A DNA stretch of 53,589 nt. It comes from Flavobacteriales bacterium (lineage in GTDB: Bacteria > Bacteroidota > Bacteroidia > CAIKAF01). The stretch's first letter is position 1; each line of letters starts with the position of its first letter. The notes beneath the pieces are model-generated. The model saw only the letters and a program-made list of their open reading frames with translations, did no database searches and was not told the origin of the DNA. Below are positions 30,233 to 39,084 of this stretch, piece by piece. The position numbers and the translations under genes were made by a program. The stretch covers positions 1-53,589 of the forward strand of contig JANWKQ010000126.1 in the NCBI GenBank assembly GCA_025451295.1, given 5' to 3'.

Positions 30233-33200
30233 GTGAGTAAAGTATATAAGGAATATAAACAACTGAATCTACCCGAGATCAACAAGGAGATCCTGGCATT
30301 TTGGAAAGCACATAATACTTTCCAAAAGTCGATCAGTACCCGTGAGGGAAAAAAGGAATATACTTTTTACGAAGGTCCACCCAGTGCAAATGGTATGCCT
30401 GGCATACACCATGTAATGGCACGAGCCATTAAGGATATTTTTTGTCGTTTTAAAACCTTACAAGGATATAAAGTACAGCGCAAAGCCGGATGGGATACGC
30501 ATGGTTTACCCATTGAACTTCAGGTGGAAAAAGAATTGGGAATTACCAAAGAGGACATTGGTACAAAGATTTCTGTTGATGAGTACAACCAGGCTTGCCG
30601 CAAATCGGTGATGAAGTTTACCGACAAATGGAACGAGCTTACCGAGCAAATGGGATATTGGGTGGATATGAGTGATCCGTATGTAACCTATGAAAATGAT
30701 TACATAGAATCCGTATGGTGGTTGTTGGGTGAGTTTTACAAAAAAGATCTTTTATATAAAGGTTATACTATTCAGCCTTATTCACCTGCAGCCGGCACTG
30801 GCTTGAGCTCTCATGAATTAAATCAACCGGGAACATATAAACCTGTAAAGGATACGACCATTGTTGCCCAATTTAGAGCATTACCCAATCAAAAAACGAA
30901 ATTGGGTAAAGAACTACCGGAAGAAACCTATTTTTTAGCCTGGACGACTACGCCCTGGACCTTGCCTGCTAATACAGCTTTGGCTGTTGGAAAGAATATT
31001 GATTATGTTTTGGTAAAGACATTTAATCCATATACGGCTCAACCAGTGCATGTAATATTAGCGAAGGATCTGATGGCTAAATATTTTTCAACCGATAATG
31101 AAAATGCTGAGCCATGGGAATATAAAGCAGGCGATAAGAAATTACCTTATCATGTAGTTGATATTTACAAGGGATCGGATGTGGAAGGTTTACGTTATGA
31201 GCAATTACTTCCTTACGTACAACCAGACGGAGATGGATTTAGAGTGGTTATAGGTGACTTTGTAAGTACCGAGGATGGTACAGGTATTGTGCATATTGCT
31301 CCATCACACGGTGCAGATGACTTTAGAACCGCAAAGCAAAATGGTATTGGCGCAATTCTATTAGTTGATAAACAAGGCAAGTTCACTGCCGAGGTAACCG
31401 ACATGGCGGGTGAATATGTAAAAGAAGAATATTTAAGTGAAGTTCCGAAGGATTATAAATCGGTGGATGTTCGCATCGCCATTAAATTAAAGGAAACAAA
31501 CAGAGCCTTTAAAGTGGAAAAATATGAGCATACCTATCCACATTGCTGGAGAACCGATAAGCCCATTTTATATTATCCGATGGATTCGTGGTTCATTAAA
31601 ACCACCGTCATCAAAGACAAATTGATCGCTTTAAACAAAACGATCAACTGGAAACCAGAATCTACAGGAACGGGTCGTTTTGGGAATTGGCTTGAAAATC
31701 TGGTTGACTGGAATTTATCGCGTAGCCGGTATTGGGGTGTTCCTTTGCCGATTTGGAGAACCGAGGATGGCACGGAAGAAATTTGTATCAATAGTATTGA
31801 GCTTTTAAGAAAGGAAATAGAAAAATCCATTGCTGCAGGATTCATGAAAACAAATCCGTATGCAGAAGGCCAGAATTTTGATGTACATCGTCCGTATGTG
31901 GATGATGTGATCCTTCTTTCTGCATCCGGGAAACAAATGTACCGCGAAAAAGATCTGATTGACGTCTGGTTTGATAGTGGAGCGATGCCTTATGCGCAAC
32001 AACATTATCCATTCGAGAACAAAGAAATGATCGACGGAGGCAAAGCATTCCCTGCGGATTTTATTGCTGAAGGTGTGGATCAAACCCGCGGATGGTTTTT
32101 CACTTTGCACGTGATTGCAGCAGCCATCTTCGATACCGTTGCATACAAAACGGTCGTTTCAAACGGACTCGTTCTTGATAAAGTAGGTCAGAAGATGAGC
32201 AAACGTTTGGGTAATGCGGTGGATCCGTTTAAGTCGATGGACACCTATGGTGCTGATGCATTGCGCTGGTACATGATCACCAATGCAGAACCCTGGGATA
32301 ACTTAAAGTTTGACATGGATGGAGTGGTGGAAGTGCAGCGTAAATTTTTCGGCACATTGTACAATACTTATTCTTTCTTTGCACTCTATGCCAACGTGGA
32401 TGGATTTAAGATTGACGAAAAAAATGTGATCAGGGTAAAAGACCGTTCGGAATTTGATCAATGGATCATTTCGGAATTGCAATCACTGATCAAAGAAGTA
32501 ACCGAACAATACGAGGATTATAATCCCACGAAGGCATCAAGACCCATTCAGGATTTTGTGACGGATAAATTATCAAACTGGTATGTTCGTTTATCGCGTC
32601 GTCGTTTCTGGAAGGGTGAAATGACGGAAGATAAAAAGGCGGCTTACGAAACTTTGTACGAGTGTATGATGGTGATCAGCCAGTTGATGAGTCCGGTGGC
32701 TCCATTCTTTGCAGAATGGTTATATAAAAATCTGAGTGATAATGTACGTGATACTGCTATCAAAAACGGCACACCGCTTGCGGCCGAATCGGTGCATTTA
32801 AGTTTGCTTACAAAAGCGGAGGATGATCTGATCGATAAGGAGCTTGAAAAAAGTATGGAACTTGCACAACGGGTTACTTCACTTGTGTTATCATTGAGAA
32901 AAAAACATAAGATCAGGGTGCGTCAGCCATTACAAAAGGTGATGATACCGGTGCTTGATCCGAGCCATAAAAAAGCCATTGAGAAGGTCCAGGAACTTAT
33001 CAGAAGCGAAGTGAATGTGAAAGAGATCAGCTTTTTGGAGAATGATGAAGCAGGTATCCTGGTAAAGAAAATAAAACCTGACTTTAAAAAGCTGGGACCC
33101 AAATATGGGAAGTTGATGAAGGAGATCTCATCAGCCGTTGGAAATTTTGGACAGGAGGAAATTGCAACAATTGAACGCAATGGTTCGTATGAGATGCACA

Positions 33201-33592
33201 TCAACAGTGAGCAGGTAATATTAATGCGGGAAGATGTGGAGATCATTTCAGAAGATATACCGGGCTGGTTGGTGGCAAATGATAATGAGCTTACGGTAGC
33301 ACTCGATATTACCTTAACTCCTGAACTTACGCAGGAAGGTGTTGCGAGGGATATCGTTAACCGGGTGCAGAACTTAAGAAAGGACAGGGACTACAAAATA
33401 ACCGACCGGATACAGGTGAAGATACAACCTGCTGAAGGGATCGAGGATGCGGTTCGAAGCAATATGAGCTATATCTGTAGTGAGGTTCTGGCTGATAAGC
33501 TGGAAGTTACGGAGAAGCTGGATGCTACTTCGGCTGTTGAAATCGAGTTAGAAGATAATTTAAAAACCATGATAGAAGTATCATTAGTTTAA
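30233..33592 (+). CDS. ileS: Isoleucine--tRNA ligase, type 2 (IleRS2)
   Basis: EGPPSANG, GWDTHGLP, WTTTPWTLP, GTGIVH, SRSRYWG, EGVDQTRGWF, KMSKR; type-2 C-terminus. Confidence 0.98.
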   Translation: MSKVYKEYKQLNLPEINKEILAFWKAHNTFQKSISTREGKKEYTFYEGPPSANGMPGIHHVMARAIKDIFCRFKTLQGYKVQRKAGWDTHGLPIELQVEKELGITKEDIGTKISVDEYNQACRKSVMKFTDKWNELTEQMGYWVDMSDPYVTYENDYIESVWWLLGEFYKKDLLYKGYTIQPYSPAAGTGLSSHELNQPGTYKPVKDTTIVAQFRALPNQKTKLGKELPEETYFLAWTTTPWTLPANTALAVGKNIDYVLVKTFNPYTAQPVHVILAKDLMAKYFSTDNENAEPWEYKAGDKKLPYHVVDIYKGSDVEGLRYEQLLPYVQPDGDGFRVVIGDFVSTEDGTGIVHIAPSHGADDFRTAKQNGIGAILLVDKQGKFTAEVTDMAGEYVKEEYLSEVPKDYKSVDVRIAIKLKETNRAFKVEKYEHTYPHCWRTDKPILYYPMDSWFIKTTVIKDKLIALNKTINWKPESTGTGRFGNWLENLVDWNLSRSRYWGVPLPIWRTEDGTEEICINSIELLRKEIEKSIAAGFMKTNPYAEGQNFDVHRPYVDDVILLSASGKQMYREKDLIDVWFDSGAMPYAQQHYPFENKEMIDGGKAFPADFIAEGVDQTRGWFFTLHVIAAAIFDTVAYKTVVSNGLVLDKVGQKMSKRLGNAVDPFKSMDTYGADALRWYMITNAEPWDNLKFDMDGVVEVQRKFFGTLYNTYSFFALYANVDGFKIDEKNVIRVKDRSEFDQWIISELQSLIKEVTEQYEDYNPTKASRPIQDFVTDKLSNWYVRLSRRRFWKGEMTEDKKAAYETLYECMMVISQLMSPVAPFFAEWLYKNLSDNVRDTAIKNGTPLAAESVHLSLLTKAEDDLIDKELEKSMELAQRVTSLVLSLRKKHKIRVRQPLQKVMIPVLDPSHKKAIEKVQELIRSEVNVKEISFLENDEAGILVKKIKPDFKKLGPKYGKLMKEISSAVGNFGQEEIATIERNGSYEMHINSEQVILMREDVEIISEDIPGWLVANDNELTVALDITLTPELTQEGVARDIVNRVQNLRKDRDYKITDRIQVKIQPAEGIEDAVRSNMSYICSEVLADKLEVTEKLDATSAVEIELEDNLKTMIEVSLV

Positions 33593-33600
33593 TAATTTTG

Positions 33601-33628
33601 CCCGGCTGAACCAACTTAACCTGCCGGG
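33601..33628 (+). other. Intercistronic hairpin between ileS and the dksA-like gene (no U-tract)
   Basis: cccggc-[tgaaccaacttaacct]-gccggg. Confidence 0.5.
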
Positions 33629-33666
33629 GAAGCAAAACAAATATTAACCCGAAAAAAGAGAATATT

Positions 33667-34119
33667 ATGGCAAAGGCAAAAACAGTAGCAAAGGGAAAGC
33701 CAACTCCGAAAGGAAAAACAGTTTCAAAAAAAGAGGATCAGATCCGGTATTCGGATGAGGAGTTGGATGAATTCAGAGAACTGATCCAAAAGAAACTTGA
33801 TAAAGCAAAAAAGGAATTGGAAATTCTTACCGATGCCTTTTCACATAAAGACGGCAACAATACCGATGATACATCTCCTACCTTTAAATTAATGGAGGAT
33901 GGTGCTGAGATCACTTCAAAGGAAGAAATTGGTCAGTTGGCTGCACGTCAGAAAAAATTTATTGATAACCTGGAACTGGCATTATTAAGGATCCAGAATA
34001 AAACGTATGGTATTTGCAGGGTAACCGGCAAATTGATACCAAGAGAAAGATTACGTGCTGTTCCGCATGCTACATTGAGCATGGAAGCGAAGATGGCTCA
34101 AAAATCAAGCAACGATTAA
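33667..34119 (+). CDS. TraR/DksA family transcriptional regulator (Bacteroidota type)
   Basis: RYSDEEL, coiled coil, TYGICRVTGKLIPRERLRAVPHA. Confidence 0.9.
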   Translation: MAKAKTVAKGKPTPKGKTVSKKEDQIRYSDEELDEFRELIQKKLDKAKKELEILTDAFSHKDGNNTDDTSPTFKLMEDGAEITSKEEIGQLAARQKKFIDNLELALLRIQNKTYGICRVTGKLIPRERLRAVPHATLSMEAKMAQKSSND

Positions 34120-34125
34120 CCAGGA

Positions 34126-34797
34126 ATGACGGATATTGGCCTTCAAAAGCAAAAGTCCTCGATGCTCAAGAGAGCATTGCTGGTTATTTTCTCAGCATTA
34201 GTAATTGACCAAATCATAAAGATTTGTATTAAGACGACGATGACTTTGGATGATCGTAAATTTGTATTGGGGAAATATCTTCAGCTTTATTTTATCGAAA
34301 ATAATGGAATGGCTTTCGGCATGCAATGGGGTGGTGATAGCGGAAAGATCTTCCTGACCATTTTTCGCATCGCGGCCTGTGTTTTGATCTTCTGGTTTAT
34401 CTATGACCTCTCTAAAAAGTCGAATGATAAATTTAAGATGACTGTTTTTGCCCTGATCTTTGCAGGGGCCGCAGGCAATACCATCGATTGCATTTTTTAT
34501 GGACAGATCTTTTCCGGAAGTACGATGAATCAGGTGGCCACCATGTTTCCATCTGAAGGCGGTTATAACAGCCTATTAAAAGGTAGAGTAGTAGATATGT
34601 TCTATTGCGAGATATTTAATATTCACAGAAATCAGGCCAGTTGGCTCCCCGGATTTTTATTTGGTCCGGATGACCGTTGGATATTTTTTAGACCCATCTT
34701 TAATTTTGCAGATTCCTGTATCTCGGTAGGAGTAATCATGCTACTCATCTGGCAAAAAAGATTCTTTGGTAAGAAGGTAAAAGAAGTAAAGGCCTGA
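34126..34797 (+). CDS. lspA: Lipoprotein signal peptidase II
   Basis: DQIIK, ENNGMAFG, GAAGNTID, VVDMF, FNFAD. Confidence 0.93.
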   Translation: MTDIGLQKQKSSMLKRALLVIFSALVIDQIIKICIKTTMTLDDRKFVLGKYLQLYFIENNGMAFGMQWGGDSGKIFLTIFRIAACVLIFWFIYDLSKKSNDKFKMTVFALIFAGAAGNTIDCIFYGQIFSGSTMNQVATMFPSEGGYNSLLKGRVVDMFYCEIFNIHRNQASWLPGFLFGPDDRWIFFRPIFNFADSCISVGVIMLLIWQKRFFGKKVKEVKA

Positions 34798-34843
34798 TTT
34801 TCATCAAGCCTTTATAAATTCAATTTTATTTAATAAATAAGTC

Positions 34844-35314
34844 TTAAACCGTTGGCGGATTGTTCGGATCGTTGTTCTGCCAGTTATTGGTTAAGGAATT
34901 ATCGCTGGTTTGTGGAGTATTAATCCCTCCCGGACCCACATATTTAATATCCTTACTGAAGGCCATCCATGGAAAGAATACAATTCCCAGGAAAAAAAGT
35001 CCGATACCGAATCCTTCATCTTTCCCAAAACTTTTGGCCAGTGCCATATAAGTAACAATAGCCGCATAAATATTAATGATCGGAATAAAACGAAGGATAA
35101 ATGTTGTGGTGTCCTTTCCAGCAATGTCTACTGTAAGCACATAAATATTATAGATAGGAACCAGTGCTTTCCAACCTTCTTGTCCGGCCTTTACAAATAC
35201 TTTCCACATGCAAACGGCCATGAAAACAAGAATGGGGATGAAGATGAGCATTTCGCATAGGAGGATCGTGAGAAACATTTTCGGATCATCGCTTGAACGG
35301 CTGTTGTAGTACAT
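34844..35314 (-). CDS. Small membrane protein (DUF5684-like)
   Basis: WKVFVKAGQEGWKALVPIYN, LAKSFGK...GFGIGL, YVGP. Confidence 0.8.
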   Translation of the reverse strand: MYYNSRSSDDPKMFLTILLCEMLIFIPILVFMAVCMWKVFVKAGQEGWKALVPIYNIYVLTVDIAGKDTTTFILRFIPIINIYAAIVTYMALAKSFGKDEGFGIGLFFLGIVFFPWMAFSKDIKYVGPGGINTPQTSDNSLTNNWQNNDPNNPPTV

Positions 35315-35375
35315 AATATGGTTTTTTGGTTAAGAGTTTAAAAATATACAATATTTGATAACAAGGAATTATTTT

Positions 35376-37079
35376 CTATCGAAAAGTATAGTCTACACCT
35401 GTTACCTGCGATAACAGGGTTTCCGGCGCATCCAACATATGAGCATTTTTCGCAGGAGCCGGAGTTACAGGTGAATTGGCGGCCAAATATTCCATGATCA
35501 CCGTGTGAATGGTATGTTCAGTATTTAGAGCATCCGCTACTCCTTTAATCCTGCATAAGGTATCACGCGGATCCCCATCTCTGTCGCAGGATAACATTGA
35601 ATATTGTTTTTGCGGGTCAATAGGCTGCCCATTCATCGTCTGACTTTGTACCCTCGATCCCATTTCGCCAAAAGCATTGAAGCTTATTTCCATTCCTTTG
35701 AACTTTACCATCCATCCGCCAATCCGTTTAGAAGCATCTGCTGCAAATACATTGTTCAGTTCTTTTTCAAGCCACTCGATAAGTTGTTTTCCGGTTACTT
35801 TGGCGGTCCGCAGCACGTGATCAACCGGTAACATATCAAATAAAAAACCATTAGTGATCGGAATATTCCCGGTTTCATCGACAGTAGTTCTTGGTGGACA
35901 AAATCTGAATCCATTCATTGCAACCAGATCCATTTCCGGAAATTTCCATTTCAGGGAATTTAGTATCAAGGTGTCAATCGTATTTTCTACCACAAAATTT
36001 CTGTACAAAGGAAGGGTACTATATCCAATAACGGTATTAATATGTTCTTTATAGACTGATTCCTGTTCGTCCAAAAGTTTTTGAATGGCGGGATCCGCTT
36101 TTAGTTTGGAAGGATTTACTTCAAGAAGTTCGTATTCATCTTTGGTGATCATTCCGTTTTCCACCGTTAATTCCAGTTTGCCAATGAAAGATCCAAATGC
36201 CCCGGGCTCAACCACCTTTGCATATTTGCATTCAATCGGTTTGCGGACTCTTTCATGAGTATCACCACCTAAAATATAATTCACACCTTGGCATTCAGGC
36301 ATATTTGCTAGAGAAATTTGCTGGGATAAACCTAAATGTGCAATGATGCAAACAAAATTGCATTGCTCCTGATTTTTTAACACATCTACATAATAAGCCA
36401 GGTTGTCTTCTGGTTTTTTATAAACGATACCCTTACTATAGGTAGGATTTTGTCTTGTTGGGACCCAGGGATCTGTATATCCAAGAAATCCGATTTTAAT
36501 ACCGGCCACATTCCAGATCTCGTAGGGTTGAAATATTAATTCACCTGTTTTACCATCTCCGGCATCATGGAACATATTTGCACAGATCTTGGGTGCTTTG
36601 AGAGCACCCAGTAAGGTGCGCATATTTTTTTTACCATATACGACCTCCCAGTTTCCCGGTAAATACAAATCGTAGTTCAATGCATCCAGAATAGGAACGA
36701 AAGCCTTACCAGTTGTTTTTATACTCAATTCACTACCCTGAAACATATCACCGGTATCAATCACAAATGTATTGGGGGTTTTCTTTCTAAGCTGTTTTAA
36801 CATAGTGGCTATGTAGGCATAGCCGCCCGTTCTTCGAAAAACGGTCTGATCATTTTCCCAAAACAATTCATCATGTGGATGGATCTGACAATGCACATCT
36901 GTGGTCTGAAGGATGGTAATCTTCTTTGGTTTGGAAAAATTGTTGTTATCCAGTTCATCATCGGATTCTGAAATTTCATCGATGTTACCTTTCATTCCTG
37001 ATAACGGAGGCATAATCGCAGCACCCACTCCGAGGGCTGTGATGGATTTGATGAAATGTCTTCTTCCTTTCTTTTTCAT
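35376..37079 (-). CDS. Tat-exported SoxB-like thiosulfohydrolase / 5'-nucleotidase-fold metallohydrolase
   Basis: GRRHFIK twin-arginine signal; TTDVH, DTGDMFQG, PGNWEVVYG (Trp where 5'-nucleotidases have GNHE), HLG, GGDTHE. Confidence 0.8.
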   Translation of the reverse strand: MKKKGRRHFIKSITALGVGAAIMPPLSGMKGNIDEISESDDELDNNNFSKPKKITILQTTDVHCQIHPHDELFWENDQTVFRRTGGYAYIATMLKQLRKKTPNTFVIDTGDMFQGSELSIKTTGKAFVPILDALNYDLYLPGNWEVVYGKKNMRTLLGALKAPKICANMFHDAGDGKTGELIFQPYEIWNVAGIKIGFLGYTDPWVPTRQNPTYSKGIVYKKPEDNLAYYVDVLKNQEQCNFVCIIAHLGLSQQISLANMPECQGVNYILGGDTHERVRKPIECKYAKVVEPGAFGSFIGKLELTVENGMITKDEYELLEVNPSKLKADPAIQKLLDEQESVYKEHINTVIGYSTLPLYRNFVVENTIDTLILNSLKWKFPEMDLVAMNGFRFCPPRTTVDETGNIPITNGFLFDMLPVDHVLRTAKVTGKQLIEWLEKELNNVFAADASKRIGGWMVKFKGMEISFNAFGEMGSRVQSQTMNGQPIDPQKQYSMLSCDRDGDPRDTLCRIKGVADALNTEHTIHTVIMEYLAANSPVTPAPAKNAHMLDAPETLLSQVTGVDYTFR

Positions 37080-37090
37080 TTTTCCAATAG

Positions 37091-37507
37091 CTAAAAACCC
37101 CCTTTAATATAACTCCAGCCTTTTTCTTCTTTCTCAACAATTTCTGCAATACCGGCCGGAACGATCACCGCAATCGGTAACAAATCTTCGGGCTTAATAT
37201 TTCGCTGATTCATTGTATTCTGGCATGCCATGAACTGTACTCCTTTTTTATTCAGTTCATTGATGGCGTTGATATGTTTTGATTTGGCTGACAATAAATA
37301 TTCTATTCCATTATTATAACATACCACTTCTATTTTGGCTTTTGGCCAATGCTCCGTAAGATTCTGCAGTTGACGAGTAAATGCCTTTTGCTGCATCGTA
37401 TCATTGGCATTGGTAAATTGAAATACCACTTTATGTGCTTTTTGCGCAAAGGAGATGCCAGAAGTACTTAAGGTGAGGACAAGTAACAAAAGTCGAAGAT
37501 GTTTCAT
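37091..37507 (-). CDS. DsrE/DsrF-like family protein with Sec signal peptide
   Basis: MKHLRLLLLVLTLSTSGISFA-Q signal; KVVFQ, IEVVC, GVQFMACQNTM, VPAGIAEIV...GWSYIK. Confidence 0.85.
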   Translation of the reverse strand: MKHLRLLLLVLTLSTSGISFAQKAHKVVFQFTNANDTMQQKAFTRQLQNLTEHWPKAKIEVVCYNNGIEYLLSAKSKHINAINELNKKGVQFMACQNTMNQRNIKPEDLLPIAVIVPAGIAEIVEKEEKGWSYIKGGF

Positions 37508-37543
37508 TTTTATTTTTTATTGGTTGTTGGAAATGTTTCTGTT

Positions 37544-38635
37544 CTATTTCTTTTTTTTCTTCTTTTCATCTGCAATAGGCTGGAAAGGTCCGAATTTATG
37601 TTGAGTCTCCGAAAATTTATCTGCATAAGGTCCGAAAGGATGATCAACAGGTTTTTCGGCGATCTTTGGCCAGTCAGCGCTAAAATCTTTGGTAGGTCGG
37701 GCCTGTGAATTTATATAGGCTGCTAAATCCCATGCTTCTTCATCCGTTAGTTCAGGATTTTGAAAGCTCACCCCTTGTGGCATATTGTTTTTAATAAAAC
37801 CCGCCATACGACTCATTCGGTATAATCCTGCACCCTGGTTATAAGAATGATTGCCCCAAAGTGGTGGATAAAGATATTCAATCTGATCACCCGCTAATAT
37901 ACCTTCTCCATTCGGTTGATGACAGCGCTGGCATTTCACCACAAATAATTCTTTTCCTTTTAAAGGATCCGCAGGTCTATCCAAAAAAGGAAGTTCAACA
38001 ATACCGGAACCCTTGGGCTTTTCTCCTTTTATTACCTCTTTGCCTATGAACTCAATGTAGGCTTTCATGGCTTGCATTTCCTTACTGTTGAGGGTTAAGG
38101 CCGTTCCGTTCAGACTGCGCTCAATGCAATCATTGATCCGTTTATAGATATCTTCTGTTTGACCACTTCTCGCCCTGTATTTTGGATACGTTGCAAATAC
38201 AGCTCCGTAATTATTGCCCCAGGTCTTTGTGCCGGCAGCTAAATGACAGTTCTGACAATTCATTCCGTTGGTGGTTTGTGAAACGCTGCCTTTTGGCCCC
38301 AAATATTTGGCTGTATGTGCAATTAAATCTTGTCCGTAAAGAATTTGGGCTTTGAGCTGATTGTTGGAAATTGAATTCAGATCAGCGGGTTTCCAAAAAC
38401 CATTGTCTTCTTTTGGTTGGGTGTCGGCCAATGATTGTTCAATGGCTTTTTTCTTTTTCTCAGCAGCTATTTCAGATTCACTTTTTCTAAACCATGAAAA
38501 CAGATCGGGTTGAACAATCAAAAGCAATGGAATAAGGATCAGACTGGCCAGTAAAAGTGCAATGATTCGGCCAAGTCGCTTGATTTCTTTCGTAAGCTGC
38601 TCTACGAGTATTTTATCCTTGTCCTTTTGTTCCAT
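37544..38635 (-). CDS. tsdA: Membrane-anchored diheme c-type cytochrome, thiosulfate dehydrogenase TsdA-like
   Basis: N-terminal TM helix; CQNCH and CQRCH; RINDCIERSLNG catalytic-Cys motif; PPLWG..SYNQGAG..R; NMP. Confidence 0.75.
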   Translation of the reverse strand: MEQKDKDKILVEQLTKEIKRLGRIIALLLASLILIPLLLIVQPDLFSWFRKSESEIAAEKKKKAIEQSLADTQPKEDNGFWKPADLNSISNNQLKAQILYGQDLIAHTAKYLGPKGSVSQTTNGMNCQNCHLAAGTKTWGNNYGAVFATYPKYRARSGQTEDIYKRINDCIERSLNGTALTLNSKEMQAMKAYIEFIGKEVIKGEKPKGSGIVELPFLDRPADPLKGKELFVVKCQRCHQPNGEGILAGDQIEYLYPPLWGNHSYNQGAGLYRMSRMAGFIKNNMPQGVSFQNPELTDEEAWDLAAYINSQARPTKDFSADWPKIAEKPVDHPFGPYADKFSETQHKFGPFQPIADEKKKKKK

Positions 38636-38679
38636 TTTCGGGACTTCATCACGTGAATTATGAGTCCTAAATGTAATTA

Positions 38680-39015
38680 TTATTTTATGATTCCGGATTT
38701 CTTGGCAAAGAAAGCGGCGAAGTCCTGCATATCTTGTGCCAACTCTTTATCATTGGTGGCCCTGATCATGGTTTCACTCATGGAAACCATATTCTGGTAA
38801 ACGAAATAATACATTTCTTCAACCATCAGGTCTTTATTCCAGAGATCGATCCGCATGGAATTATTTTCTTTTACATCCCAAAAACTTAACATCATGGCTT
38901 TGGTTTCTCTGTAATCAGGGATACCACTATCGCTTGCCATCCATTGAATGGCAATGGGATTGTTGTTTTCGTCGCTTCCTATTTTGATGGAGATTTCGGA
39001 GTTCTTTTTTATCAT
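38680..39015 (-). CDS. gldC: Gliding motility protein GldC
   Basis: KAMMLSFWD, RIDLWNKDL, RATND; directly downstream of gldB. Confidence 0.9.
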   Translation of the reverse strand: MIKKNSEISIKIGSDENNNPIAIQWMASDSGIPDYRETKAMMLSFWDVKENNSMRIDLWNKDLMVEEMYYFVYQNMVSMSETMIRATNDKELAQDMQDFAAFFAKKSGIIK

Positions 39016-39045
39016 GGTGTGTTAATTATCTTTCAGCCCAATTGA

Positions 39046-39071
39046 GGAGACGTCCCATGGGACCTCTGGAC
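39046..39071. repeat. REP-like palindrome, copy 1
   Basis: ggagacgtcccatggga-cctctggac; 17-nt exact match to 44536-44552. Confidence 0.65.
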
Positions 39072-39084
39072 TATCGGCTTTGAT

